From Hyphomicrobiaceae bacterium (lineage in GTDB: Bacteria; Pseudomonadota; Alphaproteobacteria; Rhizobiales; Hyphomicrobiaceae), in the NCBI GenBank assembly GCA_965223035.1, contig OZ244980.1, forward strand, positions 2,029,184 through 2,093,183: 64,000 nt of DNA, read 5' to 3'. Shown piece by piece: positions 1 to 9,204 of this stretch. The number at the start of each line of letters is the position of its first letter. Position 1 is the first letter of the stretch. The notes beneath the pieces were generated by a model. The model searched no databases. It was not told where the DNA came from and saw only the letters and a program-made list of their open reading frames with translations. The position numbers and the translations under genes were made by a program.

Positions 1-761
1 TCACACCCGCCCAACACGTTGAGGCCGTCGCCAAGGCGATGGCTCCGTTTGTCGGCGATGGGCGAACCATCGTGATCTGCGCCAAGGGGATGGAGCAGGC
101 GAGCGGCATGCTGATGAGCGAAGTGCTGGCACGGGTCCTACCGACGGCGGTGCCGGCCGTGCTGTCGGGGCCGAGCTTTGCCGTTGACGTGGTGTTGGGA
201 CGACCGGTCGCGGTGACGTTGGCCACCACCGATGTCGGCCACGCGCAAAGGCTCGCCGCCAATCTAGGCACGCATCGCTTCCGCATCTACTGGACCGATG
301 ATCTGGTCGGGGTCCAGCTCGGCGGAGCCGTCAAGAACGTGCTCGCGATTGCCGCCGGCATCGTTGACGGATGCGGACTTGGAGCTAGCGCGCACGCGGC
401 CCTCGTCACCCGCGGTTTTGCCGAGCTCAGTCGCTTCGGCCGAGCCCTGGGCGCGCAGCCCGAGACGCTGACCGGATTATCCGGGCTCGGCGATCTGTTG
501 TTGACCTGCGGCAGCGCGCAGTCGCGCAACATGAGCCTGGGGCGCGCGTTGGGCGAGGGCCAAGCCCTGAGCGAGGTATTGAACAGCCGCCGCTCGGTGG
601 CCGAGGGCGTTTACACGGCGGCGGCCGTGGTTCAGCGGGCGCGTGAGAAGGGTCTGGAAATGCCGATTGCCGAAGCCGTGCACGCGATCATCGAGGGCGA
701 GACCTCCGTTGCGGCCGCAATCGAAGCGCTGCTGTCGCGTCCATTGAGGTCGGAGGCCTGA
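1..761 (+). CDS. gpsA: NAD(P)H-dependent glycerol-3-phosphate dehydrogenase, C-terminal part (5' end lies upstream of the window)
   Basis: Open frame runs from the window edge. The translation has GpsA hallmarks (VLSGPSFA, GGAVKNVLAIAAGI, GLGDLLLTC). Confidence 0.9.
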   Translation, partial: TPAQHVEAVAKAMAPFVGDGRTIVICAKGMEQASGMLMSEVLARVLPTAVPAVLSGPSFAVDVVLGRPVAVTLATTDVGHAQRLAANLGTHRFRIYWTDDLVGVQLGGAVKNVLAIAAGIVDGCGLGASAHAALVTRGFAELSRFGRALGAQPETLTGLSGLGDLLLTCGSAQSRNMSLGRALGEGQALSEVLNSRRSVAEGVYTAAAVVQRAREKGLEMPIAEAVHAIIEGETSVAAAIEALLSRPLRSEA

Positions 762-942
762 AACAATGGTCATGACGTGCACATCTTTCGTCAATCTTTG
801 CGTGCAGACATTTCCCTTAACGCTCAATTAACCTTTTCACTTTCATAACAGTGCCCCATGGCAGACCGAGTGTCGCCATGTTTGTCGTGCATCCGTTTGG
901 ACACACCGTCCATTTGTTCAGCGTATACGAGGGTCACGCAAT

Positions 943-2250
943 ATGCTGCCATTCCGGGGGCGAACGGTTATCAACGGCCATCGCTGGCAACCGATCATTG
1001 CTCTTGCCGCCCTGACCATCCTCGCCGGCGGCGGGCTGGCCCAAGCCGCGGATCGTTTCACTTCGTCCGGATCAGCCGTGAGCAAATCGCTGCGCGGCGA
1101 TCGGCAATCAACCCGCTTCGTGATCGGCCTCAGTCGGAAAGCTGATTTTCAGGTCTTCTCACTGAACAACCCGAATCGCGTCATCGTCGATCTCCCGCGC
1201 ATGCGCATGCGTTTGCCACCGGCGCCGCGCAACGGACCGGTCGGGCTCATCCGTTCATTTCGCGGTGGTCAGTCGGCGCCGGGTCGCTCGCGAGTCGTGA
1301 TCCATGTGACCCGGCCTGTCGTCGTCCAGCGGGCCGTCATGCGACGGACCCGGAACCGCCAGCATGCCCGTCTGGTAATCGACATCGTGCCGGCTGCCCA
1401 TGTGATACGGATGGCGGCGATGCGACGCACCAAGGTTCGCAGTAAGCCATCAACCCGGTACGCCAAGGCGCGGCTGCGCAGTTCCAGCGTGCAACCGCCG
1501 CTGCCGCGCGCTGCGGTGCGGCCGGAGGTGATCGCGGCCAAGACCCATAAACACGTGATCGTGCTCGACCCGGGTCACGGCGGTCACGACAGCGGTGCCA
1601 AAAAGCATGGCACGGTCGAGAAGAACGTGGTGCTGGCATTTGGCAAGATGCTGCGGGAAAAGCTCAAGGATCGCTACAAGGTCTTGATGACGCGGGACGA
1701 TGACACCTTTGTTCCGCTCGATGAGCGGCGGGCGTTTGCCGAGCGCAATAAGGCCGCGCTGTTCATCGCGATCCACGCCGATTATGCGCGCGCCAGTGCG
1801 CGCGGGGCGACAATCTATTCGCTGCGCGAAAATGTGGCCCGTAGCCTCAAGCGCGCGGCGCGCAAGTCGGTGCGCAAGTCGGTGTTGTCGGGCGCCGAGC
1901 TGCGACCGATCAAGGCGAGCGCATCACCCGGGTTTGTAAAGGGCTGGTTGGCCGATCTGGCCCAGCGGGAGGTTGAAGCCAACGGCGATCGCACCAGCGT
2001 GTTCGCTCGCTCGGTGATCCAATACATGAAGCGGTCCACGCAGTTGAAGCAAAAGCCCGACCGCAAAGCCGCGTTCGCCGTGCTGAAAACGGCAAAGGTC
2101 CCGGCGGTGCTGATTGAACTGGCCTACGTGTCCAACAAGCGCGACGCGCGCAATCTACGCTCGCAGGCTTGGCGGGAGAAGGTGTCTAAATCGATCATGA
2201 CTGCGATCGACAACTATTTCTCGCATAAGGCTGCGCGGGTTCCGTTGTAG
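943..2250 (+). CDS. N-acetylmuramoyl-L-alanine amidase (AMIN-like N-domain plus Amidase_3 core)
   Basis: 435-aa ORF with a signal-like N-terminus (IIALAALTILAGGGLAQA). It has an AMIN-like segment (FVIGLSRKADFQVFSLNNPNRVIVDLP) and a catalytic core (VIVLDPGHGGHDSGA ... FIAIHADY). Confidence 0.9.
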   Translation: MLPFRGRTVINGHRWQPIIALAALTILAGGGLAQAADRFTSSGSAVSKSLRGDRQSTRFVIGLSRKADFQVFSLNNPNRVIVDLPRMRMRLPPAPRNGPVGLIRSFRGGQSAPGRSRVVIHVTRPVVVQRAVMRRTRNRQHARLVIDIVPAAHVIRMAAMRRTKVRSKPSTRYAKARLRSSSVQPPLPRAAVRPEVIAAKTHKHVIVLDPGHGGHDSGAKKHGTVEKNVVLAFGKMLREKLKDRYKVLMTRDDDTFVPLDERRAFAERNKAALFIAIHADYARASARGATIYSLRENVARSLKRAARKSVRKSVLSGAELRPIKASASPGFVKGWLADLAQREVEANGDRTSVFARSVIQYMKRSTQLKQKPDRKAAFAVLKTAKVPAVLIELAYVSNKRDARNLRSQAWREKVSKSIMTAIDNYFSHKAARVPL

Positions 2251-2330
2251 GCGCCACCGGCGCCGTCCCATCGGACAACATCGCCGGCAACCGATCGAAC
2301 GCATCAAACCAGCTTGAGCTGACACCTATG

Positions 2331-2359
2331 GCGGGACCGAAAGCCGGTCCCGCTTTTTT
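2331..2359 (+). terminator. Rho-independent terminator downstream of the amidase gene
   Basis: Hairpin gcgggaccg / aaagc / cggtcccgc is followed directly by TTTTTT. Confidence 0.7.
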
Positions 2360-2814
2360 GTCGACAGATTGCGTTGGAGCGCGGAACGACGTCAGCTCCG
2401 ACGCCATCGTTCGCCACCGCAGGCGCCACCTGCACGAGGCGACAGCGAGCCGCTGCCGTCGCTGAGGATGGCCTCGACCGCGTGCGGGTTCGATGGGCCG
2501 CCCATGTCACGCCTTTGGGTCCGCACTCGACCGTGAGCCCGCCCGGTCCGCCTCGCGGCGTCCGCGCCCGGTCCTCGCACTTGAGGTGGTGGCTGGTCGC
2601 CAGCGATGACCGGTTTGCACTGCCCCTCCAAATCCGCCAGTGTGGCGCTGAACATTGAGGGAATAGGAGCGCAGTGGCGGTCGGTGATCATGCCGGCAAA
2701 TGTGCCAGGCCCCGCACAGATATGCTGACAGCACACCGGTGAGCGGCTCGCCAATCGCGGTGGCGGGCCAGCTTTGACGAGATTTCGGAGCGGTGGCGGA
2801 AGGAGGACGGGGTG

Positions 2815-3792
2815 ATGCTGGGGGCCGTGCTCGCCCTGATTTCCGCTGCGCTGTTTGGCTACAACAACGTCGCCACGCGCCGCGGTGTGCTCAACGGAAC
2901 GACGATCCAGGGCATGGCGATCACGGTGCCGATGGGCGCGGTCCTGTTTGCCGTGGTTTGTCTGCTGACCGATGGCTTTCACGCCTTAGCTGCATTCTCT
3001 TGGCAGGCCTACGCCTGTTTCGCGGCGGCCGGGATCGCGCATTTCGTGTTTGGTCGTTACTGCAACTACCGGGCAATTGCCGCCATCGGCACCAATTTGG
3101 CGAGCCCGATCCAGCAGCTGGAGGTGCTCGTCACACTGGCGTTGGCGCTGACTTTTCTCGGTGAGCGCTTATCGCCGGTGATGATCGTGGCGATAGTGCT
3201 GCTGTTGTTGGGACCGGCGCTTGCCACCGGCATGGACCGTCAAAGCGCCGGTGACACCGACCGCAAGCCGACATTCAAGCCGCGCTATGCGGAGGGCTAC
3301 GCCTATGCGTTTCTGACTATCTTCGGCTACGGCTCGAGCCCAATCTTTGTGCGTGCCGGTTTGGAGAGCGCTGGCCCACTGGACAGTTTTGCTGCTGGTC
3401 TCATCTCGTATGTCGCAGCTGCCATCGTGGTGGTCGTCATCGTCGTCGCGCTGGGTCAGGTTCGTCACGTCGCCGCCGTCGGCAGCGAACCGCTGGGTTG
3501 GTTCGGGTTCGCCGGCCTTCTTGTGTTTCTCAGCCAGATGTGTCGCTACATGGCGCTGGCCTTGATCCCGGTCTCCGTGGTGGCACCGATCATGCGGGTG
3601 CAGGTGCTGTTTCGCATCTATTTTGCTTGGCTGTTCGCGCGAGAGCATGAGGCGTTTGATGCCAACGTGATCGCCGGCACGGTCATCTCCATGCTCGGCG
3701 CGATCCTTTTGACACTCCAAGTCGAGGCCTATCTATCGACGCTGGCCCTACCCGATTGGGTCATCGCGCTGCTCGGTTGGCAATGGCCTTAG
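2815..3792 (+). CDS. EamA/DMT-family transporter
   Basis: Strongly hydrophobic, roughly 10-helix profile with two similar halves. AGGAGGA lies 7 nt before ATG 2815 (GTG 2812 is an alternative). The stop TAG is the first bases of the adjacent repeat. Confidence 0.8.
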   Translation: MLGAVLALISAALFGYNNVATRRGVLNGTTIQGMAITVPMGAVLFAVVCLLTDGFHALAAFSWQAYACFAAAGIAHFVFGRYCNYRAIAAIGTNLASPIQQLEVLVTLALALTFLGERLSPVMIVAIVLLLLGPALATGMDRQSAGDTDRKPTFKPRYAEGYAYAFLTIFGYGSSPIFVRAGLESAGPLDSFAAGLISYVAAAIVVVVIVVALGQVRHVAAVGSEPLGWFGFAGLLVFLSQMCRYMALALIPVSVVAPIMRVQVLFRIYFAWLFAREHEAFDANVIAGTVISMLGAILLTLQVEAYLSTLALPDWVIALLGWQWP

Positions 3793-3985
3793 AGCAACCT
3801 GCCCTTAATCGGAATCGGAACGATCCCGATTAAAGGCGCGATGATCTAGATCAGAACCGCTGGAGGCGGATTAGCCGTGCCAGCCCGCTGCCCGCCCGGC
3901 CACCCAGACCATCATGCTCTTGGGAGGCCAGTGGAGGAACCGGGCGTGGGAGCGGGCTGGTTCCAGCACACTCTGACATGCCATA
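3789..3985. repeat. Mosaic intergenic repeat: H-module (3789-3849) followed by G-module (3850-~3985)
   Basis: H-module: ttagagcaacctgcccttaatcgg...cccgattaaaggcgcgatgatctag. G-module: ctagatcagaaccgctggaggcggattagcc ... gggagcgggctggttccagc. Both modules recur elsewhere in the window. Confidence 0.85.
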
Positions 3986-4106
3986 GCGCTGGGGGCACCG
4001 TTGAGATCGGCAAAACTTGCGCTCCACTTCGACGCTGACCAACGCACAAATCGAACGCCGTCGCCGTGTCGAGCGGACCTGGCGTCGGTGCAGCGGCACG
4101 AAGCAC

Positions 4107-4649
4107 TTATGGCGTGCGTCCGTGCTCTTCCAAGCGCGGCATAATCTCGACGAAGTTGCAGGGCCGATGACGGTTATCGAACTGCCACTTCAAGATTTCG
4201 TTCCAAGCATCCCTGCACGCACCCGGTGAACCAGGCAGACAAAAAATGTAGGTGCCATGTGCCAACCCACCGCACGCTCGACTTTGGATCGTCGAGGTTG
4301 CAATCGTGCGATAGGAGATCATGTGAAACAGGATCGCGAACCCGTCGATTTCCTTTTCGAACAGCGGTTTGATGGCCTCCGGCGTGATGTCGCGGCCGGT
4401 GAAGCCGGTGCCGCCGGTGGTGATCACGACATCCACCGAGGGGTCCTGGATCCAGCCTTGCACCTGGCCGCGGATCGCACCGCGATCGTCCGGCACGACG
4501 CTGCGTTCGGCCAGCTCATGACCGTCGTTGGTGAGCATTTCCGCCAGCGTCGCTCCGGATATGTCGGAGGCCAGGTCGCGGCTGTCCGACACCGTCAGCA
4601 CGGCGATACGGACCGGAAGGAACGGACGGCTCTCATCAATACGTGACAT
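4107..4649 (-). CDS. moaB: Molybdenum cofactor biosynthesis protein B (MoaB/Mog fold)
   Basis: 180 aa counted from ATG 4649 (MSRIDESRPFLPVRIAVLTVSDSR ... VVITTGGTGFTGRDITPEA). The longer ORF to 4847 runs through repeat DNA and is not credible. Confidence 0.85.
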   Translation of the reverse strand: MSRIDESRPFLPVRIAVLTVSDSRDLASDISGATLAEMLTNDGHELAERSVVPDDRGAIRGQVQGWIQDPSVDVVITTGGTGFTGRDITPEAIKPLFEKEIDGFAILFHMISYRTIATSTIQSRACGGLAHGTYIFCLPGSPGACRDAWNEILKWQFDNRHRPCNFVEIMPRLEEHGRTP

Positions 4650-4753
4650 GGGATTGTCCCTGGTTGAGTAACGCATGATAGCGCGGGAGGAGCGGCTCTC
4701 ACAGGGCGGCCAGCCAACGGCGTCGCCGCGACCCGTCTCCCAGCCCGGAGAAC

Positions 4754-4848
4754 CTAGATCAATTCCGCTTGAGGCGGAAACGCATTGCCCACCCGATTCC
4801 CACCCGATCCCCGCCGGCGGCAGGGGGGCGGGACGGTTGCTGCTCACG
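4754..4848. repeat. G-module copy (diverged) in the moaB / esterase divergent intergenic region
   Basis: It begins ctagatcaattccgcttgaggcgga and ends gggcgggacggttgctgc. This is alignable with the 3850-3985 copy. Confidence 0.6.
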
Positions 4849-5104
4849 CGGAAACCAACTGGCGGCTGCGGTGGTCGTGGTCACGCCATCGCTTGGCCCG
4901 AGCACGGGATCGGCCTTGCACGCGGCCCCGATCCCGTCTATCTGCGCAAGCCGGGTCCCGGGAGCAAAGGCGCGCACGGACCGACGGCGGCAGCAGGCGG
5001 TGGGGCGAGCAGTGGGCGCGTTAGAACAGCAGGCCGCGTGTTGGCAGCGCGATGGCGATGGCACCGGCCGGCGCAAACACCATCAGCTGTCGCGAACCGG
5101 GCAC

Positions 5105-5911
5105 TTGTTTGCAGCGGCGGCGTTGTCGGGCGTGATGCTCGGTGCCGGTACGGCCTTTGCGCGTGGGCCCGATACCGACTGCCGGCTCGGCGACCGGACC
5201 TATCGCATCCGCATGCCGGCCGGGTATGGCGGCGGCAAGCCGATCGGCGCCATCGTATTTGCGCACGGCTATCGCGGCAGCGCCGCCCAGGTGATGGCCA
5301 ATGCCGGGCTGGCCCAGGTCGCCGCCGAACTGGGTGTTGCCTTGATCGCGGCCAAATCGGCCGGCGATGACTGGTCGTTACCCGGAGCGCCGTGGTCGGT
5401 CAACAAACCCAAATTCGACGAACTGGCCTACTTCGACCGCCTTGTTGCGGATGTGGCGCGGCGCTTTCCGATCGATGAGAAGCGATTGATGGCGAGCGGA
5501 TTTTCCGCTGGCGGCATGATGGTTTGGACGCTTGCTTGCCATCGCAGTACACAGTTTGCCGCGTTCGCGCCGATCGCCGGAACATTTTGGCAGCCGGAGC
5601 CGAAGACCTGCACGACGCCACCGGCGAGCCTGATCCATATTCACGGGGATCAGGACCGTATCGTGCCGCTGAAAGGGCGCAAAATCGGCGATACGCGCCA
5701 GGGTGATGTTCCTCAAGTGATCAAAATGTATGCCCGGTACGGGGCCTTCGGCCCGCCGCAGCTCAGTAACGGCGGCGGCCTGCGCTGCGCTGATCGGCGC
5801 AACCCGCGGGGACATATCCTCAATTTCTGCCAATTTTCCGGTGGTCATTGGCTGCGGCCGGACCATGTCCGCCGGGCTTGGAAGAGGTTCGAGGCGGCTG
5901 GACGCCTCTAA
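5105..5911 (+). CDS. PHB-depolymerase-family / LpqC-like secreted esterase (start uncertain)
   Basis: C-terminal 260 aa are typical of the family (IVFAHGYRGSA, MASGFSAGGMM nucleophile elbow, IHIHGDQDRIVP). TTG 5105 gives a signal-like FAAAALSGVMLGAGTAFA. GTG 5132 and ATG 5135 are alternatives. The ORF-track start at 4769 lies in repeat DNA. Confidence 0.75.
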   Translation: MFAAAALSGVMLGAGTAFARGPDTDCRLGDRTYRIRMPAGYGGGKPIGAIVFAHGYRGSAAQVMANAGLAQVAAELGVALIAAKSAGDDWSLPGAPWSVNKPKFDELAYFDRLVADVARRFPIDEKRLMASGFSAGGMMVWTLACHRSTQFAAFAPIAGTFWQPEPKTCTTPPASLIHIHGDQDRIVPLKGRKIGDTRQGDVPQVIKMYARYGAFGPPQLSNGGGLRCADRRNPRGHILNFCQFSGGHWLRPDHVRRAWKRFEAAGRL

Positions 5912-5927
5912 GCTGTTCGGCCCCTCC

Positions 5928-6058
5928 CGGGATCATCTTTGCGCGTTCAATTGGAACCCAATTGGAACCCGACTGAGATCGTGTCCGCCTGAGGCGGATC
6001 AGCCTTGCCGGCTCGCTCCCGGCGGCGGCTGACGAGGCGGGCCACCTCCGTGATCTAG
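5928..6058. repeat. Degenerate H+G mosaic repeat
   Basis: gatcatctttgcgcg..ttggaaccc..tccgcctgaggcggatcagccttgccggctcgctccc...gtgatctag. The terminal ctag provides the amidase stop codon. Confidence 0.7.
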
Positions 6059-7245
6059 GCGCCGACGATGCCGCAATGGCGTCCCAGCTCAACGGCCAGA
6101 TCCAGAAGCACTTCGTCGGCACCCGGCCACCCGATCAACGACAAGCTGGCAGGGCAGCCGGCCACGGTGCCGACCGGCAGGCACAGTTGTGGCAATCCGG
6201 CCAGGCCGGCAAGGCAGGTCAGGCGCATGGCGCGGCTGCGAAACGTTTCCAGTGAATCGGCGTCGACGTCGGCGCGGGGGGCGATCGACGGCGCCGTCGG
6301 TAGCGCGATCAGGGTGCCTGGCACCACAACGCCCCTGAGATGCTCCCTGGCAGCGGCGATCATGAGCCGGCCGGCGGCGGCTTGCGCAGGCGTGACCGAG
6401 GCCGCGAATTCGATCCGCTCCTTGATGCCGGGTCCCAAGTTCGGATTGGCGCGCTCGACAAAGGCGCCAAACGATTGCCAAACCTCGCTGGCCTGCACGG
6501 TCCTCAAGGCGTCGCACCAAGCGTCATACTGCTTGGGCAGCACGTTCACCTCGGCCGTCGGCGGCAGCAGGGCAGCAGCGCGCTTCAGGAACGCGCGACC
6601 AAGTTCAGCGATGTCCTCGTCGACCAGTGTAAACGCATCGCCGGCGACCAACAGGCGGTTCGGCGCGGCGGCCGCTTGGGTCGCATCATCGAGCAAAACG
6701 GCGCCGACGCGCCGGAACACTCCGGGTGTGCTGGCGAACCAGCCGGCGACGTCGAACGAAGGCGCCATCGCCATGGCGCCGGTCATATCGACGCGGCCAT
6801 GGGTCGGACGTAGGCCGTAGAGGCCATTGAACGCCGCTGGAATGCGGACCGAGCCGGCGGTGTCGCTGCCGAGCGCAAAATCGCAGACGCCCGCCCCGCA
6901 TGCCGCCGCCGATCCGCTCGAAGATCCGCCGGGGACCCGGCCCGGGGCGCGCAGGTTGGGCGGCATCCCGTAGTGAGCATTGATCCCGGTCAGGCTGTAG
7001 AACAGCTCCTCGCAGATCGCCTTGCCGACGACCGTGGCGCCCGCCGCCAAGATCCGCTCGATCGCGGCGGCATGGGCGGTGGCCGGTTGCTGCTCGGCGA
7101 GCCATTCCGGGCTACCGCCGCCGGTTCGGTAGCCAGCCATATCGTACATGTCCTTGACCACCGCCGTCAGCCCGGCGAGCGGCCCATCGGCCGCGCCAGA
7201 GACGGGGGCCTGCAGATCGTGGGGAACGAAGAACGATTGCCTCAC
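6055..7245 (-). CDS. Amidase-signature family amidase
   Basis: GGSSSGSAAA signature and VKDMYDMAG motif. GTG 7245 overlaps the upstream gene's stop as GTGA, a translational-coupling arrangement. TTG 7266 is the alternative start. Confidence 0.85.
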   Translation of the reverse strand: MRQSFFVPHDLQAPVSGAADGPLAGLTAVVKDMYDMAGYRTGGGSPEWLAEQQPATAHAAAIERILAAGATVVGKAICEELFYSLTGINAHYGMPPNLRAPGRVPGGSSSGSAAACGAGVCDFALGSDTAGSVRIPAAFNGLYGLRPTHGRVDMTGAMAMAPSFDVAGWFASTPGVFRRVGAVLLDDATQAAAAPNRLLVAGDAFTLVDEDIAELGRAFLKRAAALLPPTAEVNVLPKQYDAWCDALRTVQASEVWQSFGAFVERANPNLGPGIKERIEFAASVTPAQAAAGRLMIAAAREHLRGVVVPGTLIALPTAPSIAPRADVDADSLETFRSRAMRLTCLAGLAGLPQLCLPVGTVAGCPASLSLIGWPGADEVLLDLAVELGRHCGIVGA

Positions 7246-8111
7246 GCCGGTTGCTCCTTGTACCAATCCAGAATGCGGCGACCGTCCCAGGCGGCCACGC
7301 CAGGACGGCTCAGCACTGCCTCGAAGGCCCGACGCAGGTCGCCGATGCGATGCGGTACGCCGGAAAGATAACAGTGCATCGCGATCGCCATGAACTTGGG
7401 GCGCTGCGCTGATTCTTCATAAAGGCAGTCGAACTGATCCATCACCCGCCGATACATCTGCTCGGAGGGTTGGCCCTGTAGCGCCATCAGGACAATGTCG
7501 TGCAGCTCGAAGTTATAGGGGAGCGCGACGACGGGCCGATGCGTGGTCTGCAAGCTCACCGGCTCGTCGTCCAGAACCCAGTCGCCGATGTACTCGATGC
7601 CGGCGGCGGACAAGTGGTCGAGGGTGTCGAAGGTTTGCGTCAGGCCCGGCCCGAACCATCCCCGAGGCGGCTGCCCCCAAAACTTTTTGATGATCTCCAC
7701 CGACTTGTCGATCATCGCTCTTTGGTCCTCAAGCTTATGCATCGGAACCTGATCGTAGCCGTGCGCATTCAATTCCCATCCGGAATCGACACAGGCTTGG
7801 GCCACCTGCGGATAGGTCTCGCAGACGCGCGCGTTAAGTGTCACCGTCGGGGTCAATTTGAGGGCGTCCAGCATGCGCTTTAGGCGCCAGAAGCCGACCC
7901 GCATGCCGTACTCATGCCAACTCCAATTGGGATGGTCAGGCAGCATCGGTTGGCCTTGCGGCGGTGAGATCACCATGCGGGCCATCGGTCGCGCCATGTC
8001 CCATTCCTCCAGCGCCAATACCGGCCAGACGATCAAGCGCAGACCATCGGGCAGCCGCAGGGCTGGACGACCTTCAATCGCGGAATAGGCAAGGCGTTGT
8101 CTGGGATGCAT
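7242..8111 (-). CDS. Polysaccharide deacetylase / PuuE-like family hydrolase
   Basis: 289-aa ORF, high third-position GC, family-like segments (NAHGYDQVPM, ALPYNFELHDIV). It is coupled to the downstream amidase. Confidence 0.75.
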   Translation of the reverse strand: MHPRQRLAYSAIEGRPALRLPDGLRLIVWPVLALEEWDMARPMARMVISPPQGQPMLPDHPNWSWHEYGMRVGFWRLKRMLDALKLTPTVTLNARVCETYPQVAQACVDSGWELNAHGYDQVPMHKLEDQRAMIDKSVEIIKKFWGQPPRGWFGPGLTQTFDTLDHLSAAGIEYIGDWVLDDEPVSLQTTHRPVVALPYNFELHDIVLMALQGQPSEQMYRRVMDQFDCLYEESAQRPKFMAIAMHCYLSGVPHRIGDLRRAFEAVLSRPGVAAWDGRRILDWYKEQPA

Positions 8112-8293
8112 CTGCGTTCAACCTCTTGTGTTGCAAGCGCTGCGAACCGTCAGCTTGGCGGCTGTCAATGGCCTGATGTGATGGTCTGATGCGATGGTAT
8201 CGAAGCCACCATCGCGCTCGCTGACCGCGGACAGCGAGCAGGTGTGGCGATCGATGTCGCTCGTGTGGCGGTTCCATCTCAAACGATCATGAC

Positions 8294-9139
8294 CTAATCC
8301 AGCTTGAAGCCCTTGCGCCGCACGAAGTCCCCCCAGTCAGTCCGCTCCGGAACCGCATATTGACGGGCCTTGTCCTCCGACCAGCCGTAGGCGGGATGCT
8401 CACCGAACCGTTCAGTATCGCGTTGCTTGCGATAGGGCGCCATCGCCCGTCTGCGGGCATCGTAAGCGTCGATCGCGCCCTCAACGCCGTCCTCGTTGAA
8501 GCTGTCGCGGTGGACCGTATGGCTGAGCGGCAGGCGCAGGCTGATCCAGTGATCGCGCGCGGGCCATCCAAGCCCTAGACCGGCGACGGGAAACACGTGA
8601 TCGGGAAGCTGCAAGATCTCACTGACCTGCGCAGCGTGGTTGCGAATGACGCTGATCGGGCAGCACCCCAATCCCGCCGCTTCTGCCGCGACCACGAAGG
8701 TCGAGAGCGCGATGCTGGCATCGACCGATGCGTTGAAAAACGCGTCGAGATGATCGTTGGGAAATGGCTTGTCTCGCCATTGCTGGATCTGGCGCTGGCG
8801 TCGATTGTTGCCGAGGAAGACCAATAGATGCGGACAGCCGGGCAGCCAATCCTGGTCCGCCAGAAGGTCATTGATCCGCTGGCGCTTGGTTGGATCCTCC
8901 ACGATCAAAATGTCGCGTTGCTGCAAGTCGCTCTTGGTCGGCGAAGTCAGCGCCAGCGCGCACAGGGTCTCGATCAGCGCCGGCGGCAACTTGTGGTCGC
9001 GATACCAGCGCACGACCCCGCGCGTCGCAAGCTGCCGCCACGTCTCCGGCGGTTCGATGCCATCGCTATCGTCCGGCGCACCCTCACCGAAGCGAAGCCG
9101 CAGATTGGCGAACATATCGCCTTGGTCATTGCCTGCCAT
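8294..9139 (-). CDS. Nitroreductase-family oxidoreductase (extended C-terminus)
   Basis: 281-aa ORF with nitroreductase-like blocks (LALTSPTKSDLQQRDILIVEDP, AAEAAGLGCCPIS). Confidence 0.75.
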   Translation of the reverse strand: MAGNDQGDMFANLRLRFGEGAPDDSDGIEPPETWRQLATRGVVRWYRDHKLPPALIETLCALALTSPTKSDLQQRDILIVEDPTKRQRINDLLADQDWLPGCPHLLVFLGNNRRQRQIQQWRDKPFPNDHLDAFFNASVDASIALSTFVVAAEAAGLGCCPISVIRNHAAQVSEILQLPDHVFPVAGLGLGWPARDHWISLRLPLSHTVHRDSFNEDGVEGAIDAYDARRRAMAPYRKQRDTERFGEHPAYGWSEDKARQYAVPERTDWGDFVRRKGFKLD

Positions 9140-9204
9140 TGATCCGTTTCTCCCGCCATGGCCCCTGCTCGGGTCGCTGGCAGCCGCGGTGCTTCAGCCC
9201 AGAT

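Noticed and set aside
2480-2500. gcgggttcgatggg, which resembles a tRNA T-arm/T-loop.
   Set aside because: There is no complementary 3' half of the T-stem and no acceptor or anticodon arms nearby. No other GGTTCGAAT-type signature was noticed in any intergenic region, so I call no tRNA.
4650-4753. Possible Moco riboswitch in the moaB leader. The coding-strand RNA contains UUCUCCGGGCUGG, reminiscent of the conserved CCUCCGAGCC core.
   Set aside because: Only one short imperfect match. I could not find the other conserved stems or the 3' purine-rich element. An Infernal scan with the Rfam Moco model would decide; without it I do not call it.
4769-5104. N-terminal 112-residue extension of the esterase ORF. 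The analogous extension of the moaB ORF runs to 4847.
   Set aside because: Both extensions traverse the G-module repeat and are Arg/Gly/Pro-rich. Family similarity begins only downstream.
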